Assembly: GCA_038496445.1 (NCBI GenBank)
Contig: JALMLS010000228.1
Coordinates: forward strand, 496,001 to 560,000
Source of the DNA: Trichosphaerium sp. ATCC 40318
Lineage: Eukaryota; Protista; Tubulinea
Reading direction: 5' to 3'
DNA: 64,000 nt
Below are positions 48,620-62,499 of the stretch, in pieces (within the stretch, counting starts at the first letter, position 1; the number at the start of each line of letters is the position of its first letter). The position numbers were made by a program, and so were the translations under genes. The notes under the pieces are model-generated. The model had not been told where the DNA came from. It did not search any database and saw only the letters and a list, made by a program, of their open reading frames with translations.

Positions 48620-51600
48620 TTATTTCTTTACCTTCTTCTTGTAGTGGTAACCTTGTGCCCACCAATTGCGTACAGATGTCTCGTTTGCTCTCTCTTTTGT
48701 ATGCTTTTTCTTACGTAATTTCATACCATGTTTAGCAATCTCTCCAAGCAATGCCCTGTGTGAAGTTGTTGCTTTTGGAATTGCTAAAAAATAGTCAGTG
48801 AAAAGACTTAAAAAAAGGTTCGTACGTTTTCTTTCGATTACTTCTTGCTCCACAATACGTGACATTGGTGGTGGTGGAGGTGGTGGAGGAGCTTGCAGCT
48901 GGGTCTCTATCATATCAATACTGATGACTTTACTGTGTTTGGCGCCAAGAATTTTTGTGTAGAGCAGTTTGGCCTTCTTAAGATGTTCTTTCCTACAATT
49001 GTTGTCAAAAAAAAACAAGCTCAAATGTATGATTGTAATAACTTACGCTTCATCTCTTTGTCCGGCTGCTATCTTCATATTACCCAAACGCAAATACACA
49101 TCTGCTGTCTGAATACTTTCAGCTCCATAGACAGTAGTAACAAGCGATAAACCCTGTAATTAATTAATATTCGCAAAGTTTTGTCCAAAAAATAGTCACG
49201 TGAAAGCACTTCTACGTACTTCCAAACCATATTTTTCAGCAGTTTCGAATTGCTCTTGGAATTGATACAACAAAAAGAGGTAGTAAACAGTTTGTGCCAC
49301 ACGACTGTGGAATGAACCTAATTTTTCTCTTCGGATTGCCAATGCGCGAAGTAAGCACTTCTCAGCTTTTTCGAACTCAACTCTTTCAGTGTATAGCGAT
49401 CCCAATCTGTTCAATGTTCTTGCCGTATTAATGTGCTCACCTAAAGTAGCTTCTTGGACTTTGAGAGCTTTCAGGAACCTCTTTTCAGCTTTGTCACTAG
49501 AATACGCTTTTGACGAATCCTTCTTCTTCTAAACAATAAACTGTTAGTGCAGGCTTTGCTTTTGGTTACGAACCGATAGTTCTTCTGGTTTAAGTAAGTA
49601 GAAACAACCAAGCTCATAAACAACGTCACTTGTACGAGGATGGTTAGGACCCATCTTATCAATACAAATACGAAGTGCATTTTTGAGAACTTTCTTTGCC
49701 TCAACAAACTTTTTGTTTGCCAAGTAATGGCGCCCAAGTTCGATCTAAAAGAGGGTTATAACATGTCAAATGTGATTTAATAGTATAGAATTGACATACT
49801 AATACACCAGCCATACTAAAGTGTGATGGACCAAAGGTGTTCTCAATTATTGAGAGAGCCTGTTCGCCACATTTCAATGCCGCAGCACGTTTTTTCAAAT
49901 GATCATACACAGGAATCAAGTTCTTAAGCGTCTAGAGATAAAAGTATAAGTGACGGCCAAACACATAGATTAGGATTTACTTGCCTGTGCTACACGAGAG
50001 TGTGTGCCACCAAGAACTTGTTTTCGGATTCGCAAAGATTCCTCCAGCACCTTTTGTGCTTTGGCATAATTTTGTTGATTAATGTACATAACACCGAGTC
50101 TGTTGAGTACAGTTGCAACATCTGGATCATTAGCGCCCTTGTGAAATAACTTAATATAATGATCATCTACCATGTATTTCTTACCTTTTCTTTCTTGTAA
50201 CGATCAAGTGCTTCAGTGAGCATCTCTTCAGCTTTTTGGAATTGAGCTCGAGCTAATAAAGCCTAGCGTTCACTTAATACCCAATAACTTCTACTCTGTG
50301 CTTACCTTTGCAATAGAGTAATCTGTACGCGCAACATCGAGTGGTTGAGAGCTGATAACTGCGTGAGCTCGAGGTAAAACCAAACATCACAAAAAACGAA
50401 CCTGACTTCGAAATAATGTCTTGCTCGCAAATAGATTTCTTCACATCCTTCGTATTTCGCTATTTCTTCCAAGAAAGAACCTACCTTGTAAAACAACTTG
50501 CCAACGATAACATCTAAACCTATGAGTAAGTATACTTCATGGAATACTAAAAAGAGAACCGTTTGGAAAAGAGTCTCCTCTGTTAAGAGATTGTCTATAT
50601 GCGTCCACAACATCTATAGAAGAATTGGCTTCAATTGCTCTCCAGTAGCGGAATAGATCGTATTTATGCTCTTGAGTAAACAGCTTTACGAATAGCCTAC
50701 AACACTATTAACGTTGATTCATATTAAGAAGTTTTCAATACCGTAAATTAGTGAGAACATCTTTGAGTTTGAAAAAGTCAGAACACTTTTCGAGTTGCCT
50801 AAACAGTCAATCATGTTAATACACATCTTAACAACAAGTACATACCAAGGTATTTCCTCAACTTTGCGCATTGTGATACCTTCTGTGTTCTTTTCAAAGA
50901 ATACGGCTAACATCTTGTTAGTTGTTTGATTATAAATATTAAGTCCGTACCAAGGTCTTCGTGAACTTGTTTCTTATTTGATTCGTTCTTCATGTAACGT
51001 ACACCGACAGCACTCCTGATATCTTCGTTAGAGAAGTTAAGTAATCCTCCTGAGTTGAATAGCAAATCTTCAACTACAGAATAAAGCGAAGACCACTCTG
51101 ATATATCAATGCCTGTCAAACATGTTAACATCTAGTAAACGTTTCCTTTGTTACCTTTAGCAGTTAAGAGTGGGCCAAGTTCATTTTCCAAGTGCAGACC
51201 CCGTCTAGAACCCCATATGTACGACTGAAACAATGAGGATTAGATCTTTCTGAGGACTATTACTTACCATAAAGTATTGTACGATTCCCTTTCTCTTTGA
51301 GTCATAATCATGTTCTAAGCGCTCGAGTACAATCTCGTATAGCTCACTCGCAGAGGCAGCACGAAGATTTCGACTATAAACGGTCAGTAGGCGAGTAAAT
51401 CGCAAAATGAAAATCATACCAGATACGTTCGTCTAGCTTTTCAAAGTGACCCCACACAGATATATCTTCAAGTAGAGTCTAGCGAATATGTTTAAAACAG
51501 AACAATAAACTTTTGTGTAGATTACCTGTAGGTATCGGGGGATGCCAGTCTGCTTGACTTTTGCAATTTTAAATTCTTGCTCTTCTGATAGCTTCTTGCT

Positions 51601-54600
51601 GTTCAAATCCAAACACTTTCTAATGAATGCGATCCTATCTGCTTCTTCCAATGGCTCCATATTCAACACTTCATAACCTCTCTTTACTATCGCATTCATA
51701 GCTTTTCCTGGCGCTACAGCTAGAATGACACGAACAATAGGTGGAAATTGCATTGGAAACCAAAGCATCTCAGAAGCATTTCCGAAATCATCTAAACGAT
51801 CTAGACCATCTATAACGATAACCAACCGCTTCCTCTTATTGCCTACAACATGTCAATTATTTCGAAAAAATCGAATGGTTAGCGTACGGTTCAAGGTGCG
51901 TTCAAGCCAGTGAGGAAACTCTGCGGTCAAAAGGTCTGGGTTTGAAGGAATATCTTTTGTGAAATCCTGTAATGCGTCTTGCACTTCGTTCATGATTCTG
52001 GGGTTCATTAGACTAGTAAAAACGTGTATAGTTTACCTGGTTAGTAAGCTAATATAATTTGAGGACGAGGAAGAACAACTGATATAATGTTCTATTACAA
52101 TCTCTTCCTGGCGGTGCGCTACGAGGGAATAACAGTTAGCATAGTTTTTTTAACATGCGTATCATCTAATTACCTCTAAATCTTTGAGTCCAATTTGCGA
52201 GCAACGCCGATTTACCAAGACCACTCTAAACAACATTAGTATTTGTAATGTATTTTCACGTGTTTAAAATTGATTACCTCTCCAATAACAACAAAAGGAG
52301 TAGAAGTATTACTTGATGTATATTTATCTAATAATAAAAAGTATTTTTCTTGAGGTAAATAAACACGTGTCAAACGTCTGCTGTAAGAACGATGTCTGAA
52401 TTTTTCCTTCTTCAAAGGATCCAATTTTACACCTGAAAGGAATTAGTGAACAACTTAAAAGCTGTCAACGTACCCTCAGGGTAGTGACGGTTGATGTAAG
52501 TTGTCAAATGGTCTTCAAGCAACTCTGATAAATGGCTTGGTCTAAAATGATGTGAGCAACTGTAGATGGCCGAAGACGCACCTGTGGTACTCATAGCACG
52601 CTGTAGGTCCACCTGATACTTCTTTTTTGAGGCTGTTCAGTTTTTGAAGTTGCTCTCCTCCTTCAGAAACGAACAAAGCTCTGTCCTTCTCAGGTACACT
52701 AAAAGAATACAAAGTTAAGGCGTACTTTAAAATACTTGCTTTGCTACGTACGCTTCAACATAATATTCATCTCGTAGATAGAACATACTAGATTTTTCAG
52801 GGCCAGTATAGTGGTTACCCAGAATCTAGTAGGAATGAGATGTGAAGTTTAAAAAACTCAAAAATATCAGTACCATTCTCCACTCAATCTCTGTGACTGA
52901 TCTGTCTTTGTAGTTTCTTATCCATGGGAAATCACGTGCTGCAAGATCGATTGAACGATTCAGTAGTTTATCTTGGGCTGTAGGATTCTGGTAACTCTTG
53001 GAAGATAGACACCAGCCATAACGTGCACCGTAGAGTCCCAAAAAGATGTTTGACTTTTGAATTTCACGAAGACACATAAGAAGAGTAGCTGCTTGTTCAG
53101 TAGCATTTTCCGTAACGCCCCTATTGATTGGGTTTACAACAAACCTCAAGAAGAAAATTGCGTTCGTACCAACGAAGATCAACGACTGTCAAGAAAGCTT
53201 CACGCTCCATGCACTTACGACGTAATTTTGGAATAATATGCTTAACGATTGAATCTCGCTCTGCTTGGAAATCCTATACACTTAAATGAGGGATATAGTA
53301 AAGAGTATAGATGTAAAATGACAGTACCTTGAATGGAGAAGATATAAAGATTTTAATCTCTCTATCTGGATCTGCAACTCCTTCGATAACTTTCGACTGA
53401 TTGTTAGCTACATGCTCAATAGCTCTATTAACATTATTCTGGAATGTTTGTCCGTTGTTGTGCATTAGTGCAGGTTGGGTTTTTGGAAGAGGAGCTACGT
53501 ATTCGTTCACTTAAGGAAATTAGAATAAATGTATTGTAACTGTACTTACCTTCCATCTCAAGGCCATATTGAGCGCCAGTTTGTATACCAATGGATTTTA
53601 ACAAGTTGATCTCATTCTGCAATTGAGAAATGCTTCTCATCATATTCTTCACGTGAGATATAGCAACGGGGTCACCAAGTTTAGTAACTGAGTTCCCATC
53701 TGAAAATTACACTCAATTATGAACCTAAAATACAAAGACTTCACAAACATACCATAGAACGTGAATAGCACACTGCCACTGTATGTTCTTCCGCCATCTA
53801 CTGATACTGCTACATGTACTGGTTTAGGCTAAACAATCTCCGTTAGTAAGCTACATCAGGGACACTATTGTCAGGTACCAATATCCGTCTAGAGCGGGTG
53901 TCAACTTTAACCTAACCGTTGTACTTGAGTGCTTGAGTAATGACATTAGATAAAAGTACCAGTATATTAGATGAAGCATGCCATTCAACGTCTGTAAAGA
54001 CATGTTTGCCAAACTTAACTTTTGTGTTTTTCGACGGTTTAAAATTTAAACCGTACAAACTGACGTGGTACACGCCAGATATTGGGCCTTTTGGAGGAAC
54101 AACAAGGTTCACACAACAAACTAGGGAGTGTCAAATCGTAGTTGTTGTGTTGTTTTTCACCGAAGAGTTGTTTGGTGAGTAAGTCGTACCATTGCTGGTA
54201 GATGCGTGTATCTTAGCGATTACTGCCTTTTTCTGTTCTGGCTTTTTGCTTTCTTTCTTTTCATGCGAAAGGAGTGCCTTAGTAACGTATTCAGGCGTAA
54301 CTGTACTGTTTTAGTCGGTTTAAAGATGTTTGAAACGTACTTATTTGTACGCCAAGCTTTTTGGCACTTGTTATTTTGAATCCACCTTCTTTGAGTGTAC
54401 GCGCAGGAGTTACAAGGTGAGTGACCTATAACTTGTCAGTTTAATTTTAGCTTTTTGCGTACAGACGATCCAAACACAAGTGCTGTGGTACCACCATGTT
54501 TGGTTATTAATTTTGTCAACGTTTGCTGGTCACTCAAGCTAATGTTGTGAAAATTAACAACAGCACCTTCAAAAGGGCGTGAAAGTGACCCGGAGGCCTG

Positions 54601-54621
54601 TTGGCGTGTTTGAAGGCGCAT
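48620..54621 (-). CDS. STAND NTPase (nephrocystin-3/TEP1-like): BRCT, IPT/TIG, coiled coil, DUF4062, NACHT-like NTPase, TPRs, polyPro, WH2
   Basis: BRCT LITKHGG..VTHLV. IPT PPKGPISG..LYGLNF..VKFG. DUF4062 IKIFISSPFK..FLGLYGARYGW..SVTEIE. Walker A GE|SGLGKS and Walker B IVIDGLD. TPRs HSRVAQ and DVATVLNRLG. Then P8 and ALLGEIAKHGMKLRK. Confidence 0.85.
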
Positions 54622-55146
54622 TACGTTTGCTCAGAAAGTACTAATTGATTGAACTTCGCTTAACGGTTTTTTTCTGGAAATTCGCAATGCCTGACTTAAG
54701 TTTTATCCAACACGTAATACGAACCCTCAAAGGTAAAATGTTTGGTTTCATTAACCCTGGCCATGTTTATTTGGCTGAGAATGTAAAAAAAATGTATCAC
54801 AGCTTTAAATGAAACACGACATGTCTTCATAGTTTCTCACAACGTGGGATAAACTGCCGTCTGTCATTTCATTTACTTTGACTATGTCAAGTGAAGAAAG
54901 TTTGAAGGCAGTTGGTGGCACAAATAAAAAGAACAAAGGCAATGTTATAGACGAAAAACAATTTATTATGGTACAGTAATTGATAATAGTCAGAAGCGTT
55001 GAGTATTTTGTAAAAATGAATAAATTATTTGAACGTTGCACACCCTGACTTGTAGGTACATACATAAACAGAAAGTTATTGTCCTGAATTAAAAAAAAGA
55101 ATGATAATACGTACCGCAAAAGAATCAAAAGAGAAATCCAAAGGTG

Positions 55147-55580
55147 GAACATAAAAATAAAGTAAGTATTTGATAGAAAAAAAAAGAAGCTAAGACATAC
55201 CGATTGCAAAGCAATCGTAAAAGCAGTGCCATGAGTGAATACCAAGAGGCAATGCCTACAGTACGTGGCAATAGGAATTCCAAGATTGGGTGCCAAGAGG
55301 GAACGCCAAGAGTGAGAACATAAATAAAGTTAGCACTTGATTAATAAAAATAAAGTTAGGTAGATACAAAAAACAAAGAAAGGTAAGACGTACCGATTGC
55401 AAAGCAATCGAAAGATCATGCCAAAAGTGAGCGCCAAGAGTGAATACCAAGACCAAGTACCTAGAACGTAAGCAAATTGTATAATGTATTTTATTTTTTG
55501 GAAGCTATTTCAGGTTATTGAAGAAGAGCTATTTCAAAGAAGTGCTATTTAAAGAAGTGCTAATTTAAGAAGTGCTATAA
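55147..55580. repeat. Degenerate duplication with a period of about 190 bp, carrying a hairpin, followed by AAGAAGTGCTATTT-type short tandem repeats
   Basis: CGATTGC-AAA-GCAATCG at 55201 and 55394; repeats of about 14-15 bp at 55500-55580. Confidence 0.6.
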
Positions 55581-57085
55581 GATCCTATGACAAAAGGAGT
55601 TAGCAACGAAGGCGGCACTAAGTGCTACTGAAAAGCTTTGTCTCGGATGTTGCAAAAATGTCTCTCAGAGAGGGCTTGTTTGTCAGGAAAATTCGCTATG
55701 CATGAACTAGCAAGCCCCATCGTCAACTAGGTGTTGTGCAGTGAGGTCTGAGCTAGCAGTAGTGCTAGGTGACAAGTATTTTAGTAACGCTCTCGCACCT
55801 CCCCGACCCTACTTTCTAGGTGAAACTCTTATCGCCTCTATTGGAATGTGTCCTGAGCCAAACGGATACTATATTCTAAAGCTCTCTCGTGCCCTGGCTT
55901 GCTGAAAGATTGAAGACTATTCGCTACCAATTTTAAGACCTTAGCAGACTTTGTGTTCAGTTGTGTTAGAACAAGGCCTCTATCGAACCACCACATGAGG
56001 ACAGGTATTGGCTGCTACAAAATAAAAGACTCAGAATCAGTCTGCCCTACTGGTACTACCCTATCCTGCTGCTTTGCCTTTTGACTCGGGTTTATACCGT
56101 GTACATCCTAAAACACAAAAGACACGTACAGCAAGTCCAAAATTGCTTCTGATAGACATAACAATTTCTCTGCACTTGCAGTTCCTTGCATTGATTTCTG
56201 AAGCCCACATGGATGCTTCAAAGCAAGAAGCCAAGCAGATGTGAGGAAAAAAAGTAGAATTCTAAAGACATGTTCACGTGAAACGTGCTTAAACCCAGTA
56301 TTGACGTGCCTCTGATTTGTCACAAGATGGATAATTATGCCTGAGTACTTTCTACGCAGAATTAGCGTATAACCAATAACAGTTTTGAAATTTCAATGAT
56401 ACCTGCCCAGTTATCTTTTGAAACTTTCGATATTGTTTATTGCACTTGTGTTGAGCCCAATACAAACAAGCTGGTTACAATGAGCCTTGGTACGGAGTTG
56501 CTGGCTATGTGGAAGAGAATTGTATTGAAGTGTTTGAATCCTACTTCACGTGGTATTTGAGTACCAAATAGCACGTGAAGCATGTATAATGAGTCGTTGT
56601 TCAAATCCTTGTGCAAGAAAGGGTGGGTGTTAGTTTATCGTTGTTGTTACTGCAACGCGAGGGTTTTCACGTGAGTTTTGTGATTGGAAAAATAGCAAAA
56701 CAAAACAAATATGTTGCCAAAGAAATTACATTTCTATGGAATAAGTGTAAATATGGTCAATAACGGATTAACAGTCCTATTTTTGTTCGCCGCATAGTAT
56801 TTAGTTCGTATTCCGCGTTAACTTCTTTGATTTAACTAGCGACAACTACGTCATAAGTGAAAGGCTAGGTAGTGTTTAACTGCCAACGCTACTTTGTGAA
56901 AAAAAACTACACGTCATTCTGCAATTTTCACTCTTACGGGTTTAGGGATTGAGGACTGTGGAAAGAAATATTGAAACGCGCTATTCCTACGTTGAAAATC
57001 ACACAGCTTCAACTGGTATCAGGCTCTACTTCATTCTTTATCGAGCATTTCGAGAAATTTAGTGAATTTTATGTTGCACTTTAAC

Positions 57086-58208
57086 TTACAATTTTGGTGC
57101 CATTAGCTTCTGGCCTTCATGCAAGATGTCCAAGACATCAGCATAAATCTCCTTCTTAATAGCAACATAATTATCTCTGTTGGTGTCAATCTTAGCAATC
57201 GAGGAGCCAAAAGCAATGCTCTTCTCAACAAGAGAGTCGATATCTGCCACTGCATCTACAATACCTGCTTCTAAAGCTTCTTTTGCATTCCACCTCTTGG
57301 CAGTCAATGCCTACAATTTCGTTTTAATACTTATTCTAGTATAATAAATTATAGTACATACCGTTGTGCGTCGAGTGTTTGGTGTAAGCTTCAACAAAAA
57401 CGCTCTGTAGTCGTGTCAACATGGAAATTGCAAAAAACAAGCTTTTTTAAATGACAAACGTACTTGAACGCAGAGAAAGGTAAAGGAATTGCAGCCTCAG
57501 GACAGCACCAAAATCCACGCTTAGTTCTCATCAGCCTATAATCACAAGCCAGGGCTAAGAATGCACCTGCCCCAAAGGCGTGGCCTACACGTGACTATGA
57601 GCCTCTACATCAAAAAAAAACAATAAAATGACGAATTCATAACTACTCTCAGGCTATGGTAGTACTAAGCATAAGCGTACCATTAATAGCAGCGACTGTA
57701 GGGTATGGGAATACGAGAATCCTGGGATACAGTTAAAAGTTTTTCATTGTTGAACGGGAAATTGACCAATACCAACGATTTTTAGCGCTGAAAAGCCGCG
57801 AGGGTTATTTACCTTTCTAGGACTGTCCAAACAACTTTAACAAAGGCGCCCAAGTCCCCATGCTTCGAAAAGTATTCCAAATCGAGCCTATAAGTCGCTG
57901 GTGTTAATTTTACGCGTTGGTGTGGTTGTTTAACGCACCCATTAGAGAAAAATTTACCCGCACCAGTGATAACCAATGAACATGGTCCTGGGGCTCTCCC
58001 TTGCGTCAGATGTTATGAAAAACGTAGTTTTCCGTACTGTTCAACTCTATCTAACGCAGCGTGTAACTCCTTTACTAAGGTTGGGTTGAAGGCGTTTTTA
58101 CCTTCGCTGGTGTAAGTTTGCGTTATCAACACGTAACTCACCTCTATTTAACGTAATTACCCATACTCTACCGTCAGCAGCGCTAGTAACTTGAATGGAA
58201 CCACTCAT
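57086..58208 (-). CDS. Enoyl-CoA hydratase/isomerase (delta3,delta2-enoyl-CoA isomerase-like) with a PTS1-like C-terminus
   Basis: LVITGAGKFFSNG, FPYPTVAAIN|GHAFGAGAFLALACDYRLM, and AKEALEAGIVD; ends in -PKL*. Confidence 0.88.
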
Positions 58209-58313
58209 CGTCGGTTCAACGTTCAAAAGTGTTTTTGTAGCAATTTATCGAATCACTTGTGGTCGCAACTCGTCTTTTGTATTTGTTACAGCACGGTTTG
58301 ACTATCGCACGCC
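58209..58313. promoter_or_regulatory. 105-bp intergenic gap between divergent ATGs (probable bidirectional promoter)
   Basis: ATG at 58208 (-) and ATG at 58314 (+). Confidence 0.5.
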
Positions 58314-60359
58314 ATGTTACACAAATTAGCGCTAGTTCTCGCTACTCTTGTAGTGTTTACTTCGTGTCAGACTGTAAAGCGATTCGAAATATTTGAGCTA
58401 GCTCTCTCTGGCAGTACTTCAGGAAACCCTTTCACGGCACGTTTTTTTTCAAAACAATTTTGATTGCTTCACTTTTACGCCTTGAAAGGGCCAAAATGGT
58501 ATAAACCGTAAATGAGCAGCAATAAAAAGCTCTCTTTAACACGTGAGCATAAACGTCTTTTCCGAAAAAAAAAAACTGAAAGAAGTTTACTCTAACCTTT
58601 CCAACAGTTGAATGTGGAGGTGACATTTACTTTGAAAAGTACCATATCTCTATCAGCCTCCAGGTACCCTACGGCGACAGTGACTGCGTTCTACGATGGC
58701 AACAACTTCTGGAAAGTGAGATTCTCTCCTGACACTGAAGGCAAGTCCGCGTAATACAACCATCATTAACAGTGAAAAAGGTACTTGGGATTGGGTTTCA
58801 AGCTCAAGTGAATCTTCTTTAAATGGTCACAAAGGAAGCGTAGCTTGTACACCAAAGAATGCCTCAGCTCACGGTGGCGTAATTGTAGACCCGGAGCACA
58901 AACATCACTTTATCTACGAAGACGGCACCCGCTACTTTATGATGGGTTATGAAGCAGATTGGCTTTGGGCTCTCGGCCTGCGTGGTGTCAAAACAAACGT
59001 AGAGCTCGATAGTTTCGTAAAAATGACGACATCTTACGGATTCAACCAATACTTGGTAAACGTGTATGCGAACTACAGCAATTGGGGAAAGAAAGTCAGT
59101 GCTCCTCCACGCGTTGCGCCAACTACTCTTACTCCTTGGGGAGACAATGGAAGACTTGACTACAACAGTATGGATCTAACGTACTTTAACCACTTTGATG
59201 AGGTAATGGATACACTCAAAAAGTATGGTGCTGTTTGTCACTTGATGATTACCGTTTGGAATAAAGCTGTACAGTGGCCTGCACATGAAAGTCCTCAAGA
59301 TGATCTTTTCTGGCGTTATGTCGCAGCTCGTTACGGTGCTTACTCTAATATTATCTTCGACATATCTAAGGTAGGAAAAGCTCAATATTAACCTCTAATT
59401 TTTCGTTATATAGGAAGCCAACCGCGAAAAAGATTCGTACTGGGCTACTAGGCTACCACTACTCGCCAAATTGAATGCTCATAAGCGTCTCATAACATCT
59501 CACACTCACTGTCCGGACTGGAGCTATTGCGACTTCATTTCAGCTCAAGTACACAACAACTACTACAATAATATTATCGAATCTCGAAAATCGCATAATA
59601 TTCCTGTTACCAACGTGGAAGTGCGTCAATTATTTAAAACAATCCTGCCTTGTCGCTTATTTCGTTATAGTTTTTGTATGAGCAAGGGCCTATCCCTACT
59701 TATGGACAACACAGGTATTCGTATTTTGTTCTTTCCTGTTTTTTTCACACAAAATAATCAGCCCTGCTATTGTGATGCTTCCTGTCATGTGGTCATTGTA
59801 CATGGCTGGCGGATATGGAGCTTGGTACGTACCCTAGACATACAAGCTAAAGAAAATAAATTAACAATTAATAAAGGTACTACGACGATTCCGCTTGGGA
59901 TGTTATAACAATGGTACGAAAAAGAAAAATCACGTGATTCTTTTTGTTACTTCGTCACAACTAAAATTTTACGTAGGACGAGACTCCAGGTTACAAGTAC
60001 TGTAAATTGCTGAAAGAGTTTTTTTCCAACATAAAGTACTGGGAGATGGAACCAAACAACGATTTTGTGAGTGATTATTTGTTCGACGACGTTTTCTCGA
60101 ACTAATTTTTTTTTAGATTTCTTCCACTTCTGGTGATACCGTGTACGGGCTTGCGAGCACTGGAAAAGAGTATATCGCTTTTGCATCTACTAAAAGCACA
60201 TTTTCTGTCACATTATCCCATGTACCATCTGCACTCTCAGCCGAATGGTATGATCCTACGACAGGAAATAGAGTGTCTGCTGGTACTTTGGGAAGTGGTA
60301 CCCACAAAGTCACCCCACCAAGCTCATTTGATCATGAAGCTGTGCTCCATCTACACTAG
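58314..60359 (+). CDS. Secreted DUF5060 plus DUF4038 (apiosidase/GH140-like) protein with a C-terminal putative collagen-binding beta domain
   Basis: Signal peptide, GNPFT, AFYDGNNFWKVRFSPDTEGTW, HFIYEDGTRYF, YFNHFD, RYVAARYGAYSNIIFD and AEWYDPTTG. Confidence 0.8.
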
Positions 60360-60669
60360 AATAAAGTGTTCTACATAAAAATTCCAACAATTAAAGCTGC
60401 GTAAGTAAAACAGGACAGAGGTTTAGGCTAGTTTTGGCAAAATGTTTCAAATACTCTACCGACCCCAACGCTACCTAGCTTACGTCGTTTGCCAACCGAG
60501 CAGTACGCCAAGAAGCATCTCAGCAGCCAATAAAAGAACTTTTATTAGAGTTGCATTATTGGTCTGTTGTGTCGTGTTCAGCGTTGTCCTTTTTACGCGC
60601 TTTTGCTACAACAAGCGTTTATTTGGTCTATTTTATTCTTAAGTAGCAATCGCACACGAGAAGTCCTCC

Positions 60670-62499
60670 ATGTCCTCGTTTGTTGTTAGTACAATTGAGG
60701 CCATCAGAAAGATGGTAAGTGCCGCTAGAATATCAGGTTGTAACAAAATCTAGGTTTCAGAGGCTGAAAATAACATCGTAGAAGATTTAACCGCTACGGA
60801 GTACCATGTTGAGGAAAATGATACAGTTGATACAACAAAGTGCGATTATTAGTTTACATACTTGTGCTAAGCGATAATAGTAGCGGTAAGGTTGCATACA
60901 AGGACTATGCGCCTCAAGTATTTCGTCATCTACGAATGTTAAACGGTATTGACCATGAAAGCTTTCTCGTACGTCGTTTGGTAGCTTTCGTGACTTCGCT
61001 AACGCGTCCTCAACAGAAATCGTGGGAAGTTCCAAAAGAGGCCGCATTGGAAGGTGACAATGTCGCTAGTCGCTCTGGTTCACGCTTCTTCTTGACAACA
61101 GACACAAGGTTCTTTTTTAAAACTCTCATTCATGACGAAGTTGGTACTTTACTTCATATGCTACCTCAATATGTGCAAGTGCGTCAAGGAGCTCTTTTAT
61201 AATGTTTTGTTCGCAAAAAAAATAACTTTTGTCAGCACCTCGAAAAGTACAAAAAATCGTTTATGATGCGCATATACGCATTAAACCGCATTGAGATTGA
61301 AGGAGAAAAGGTCTGGGTTATTGTGATGGGCAACTTACTTCCTAAAGTCAAGGTACTACATACATCTGCTACACGTAGCGCTGACACTATGCCAGACAAA
61401 AGAGAAATACGACTTAAAAGTAAGAGCTCCTTCTTTTCACTTTAATTTCAACAAGCTCCTAGGGTCGTAAGCCAAAGCCAGCCAAAGGTCCTTATGATCG
61501 CGCACCTGTTGCCGACAATATTCGTAAAGACAACGAAATTACTCGTCAGTTTACTTTCAAACGCTGGCAGGATCACAAGCATTACCTGGCACAAATCTAT
61601 GCAGATGTTCAGGCGAGTAACACTATCTTATTTTTGTAAACGAGGAAAACCGCGCTAACTCGATCACTATAGCTATTACAAGGTTGTAATGTGATGGATT
61701 ATAGTTTACTCGCTGGCGTTTACACCGAGGAACAGTACAACAAGAATAAGAGAAAGTATGCTTGGAAAAATACTTATTTATTGTTTTAACATCACTGCAA
61801 GGTTCCGAGGCTTTAAGATTTACAGAGGGTTCAATTTGGAAGGCGAATACAACGAAGTCTACGTAATGGGTATTATTGATTGCCTCACAAATTTCTCCGC
61901 GAAAAAAAAACTGGCCAACATGTTCAAACGTACCTTGTGGAAAGAGAGTGCGCGAAATATACTTTATTTGCATGTTACACTAAAATACAATCCATAGATA
62001 CTCTATCCACTGTACCTGCTTCCGATTACGCGAAACGCTACCTTGAATTCATGCTTAAAGATGGTACGTACAGTATTTTTCTGTTCAAAATTGGTTTGTT
62101 ACTGATCTTTTATCTAGTCATCTCTGCACCATGCACCAAACCGCCACCAGATAAGCGTCTCATTATTCCAGACATTAAAGCTATTAAAAAGAAGCGACGG
62201 AATACAATGGCGACTGGTGCAAAGCAAGAGAGGTCTCATAGGCGTACTAAGAGGTGAGTGAATCTAAAATATACAATCTGTTGTTTACAGTTACATGTTG
62301 TAGCGCACGTGGTAATAGCAAAGATGAGGTATCCTCTAATGGGAAACCTGTAACTGCTCGTGCATCAAGAAGCAGTCGTAAGAAGAGCTCTCGTAGAGCG
62401 AAATCAGAAGCTGGAGACGATAAATCTTCCAAAAAGGAAGAGAAGTCTTCTAAATCTAACAAATCTATCAAGTCCTCTAAAGAGGAAAGTGAAGAGTAA
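60670..62499 (+). CDS. Phosphatidylinositol-4-phosphate 5-kinase family protein with a basic Ser/Lys-rich tail
   Basis: YKDYAPQVFRHLR, SRSGSRFFLTTDTRFFFKTL, VMGNLL, YDLK|GR, MDYSLL and MGIIDCLT. Confidence 0.92.

Noticed and set aside
56933-56947. TTACGGGTTTAGGG as a telomeric repeat
   Set aside because: Only one perfect unit; expected by chance.
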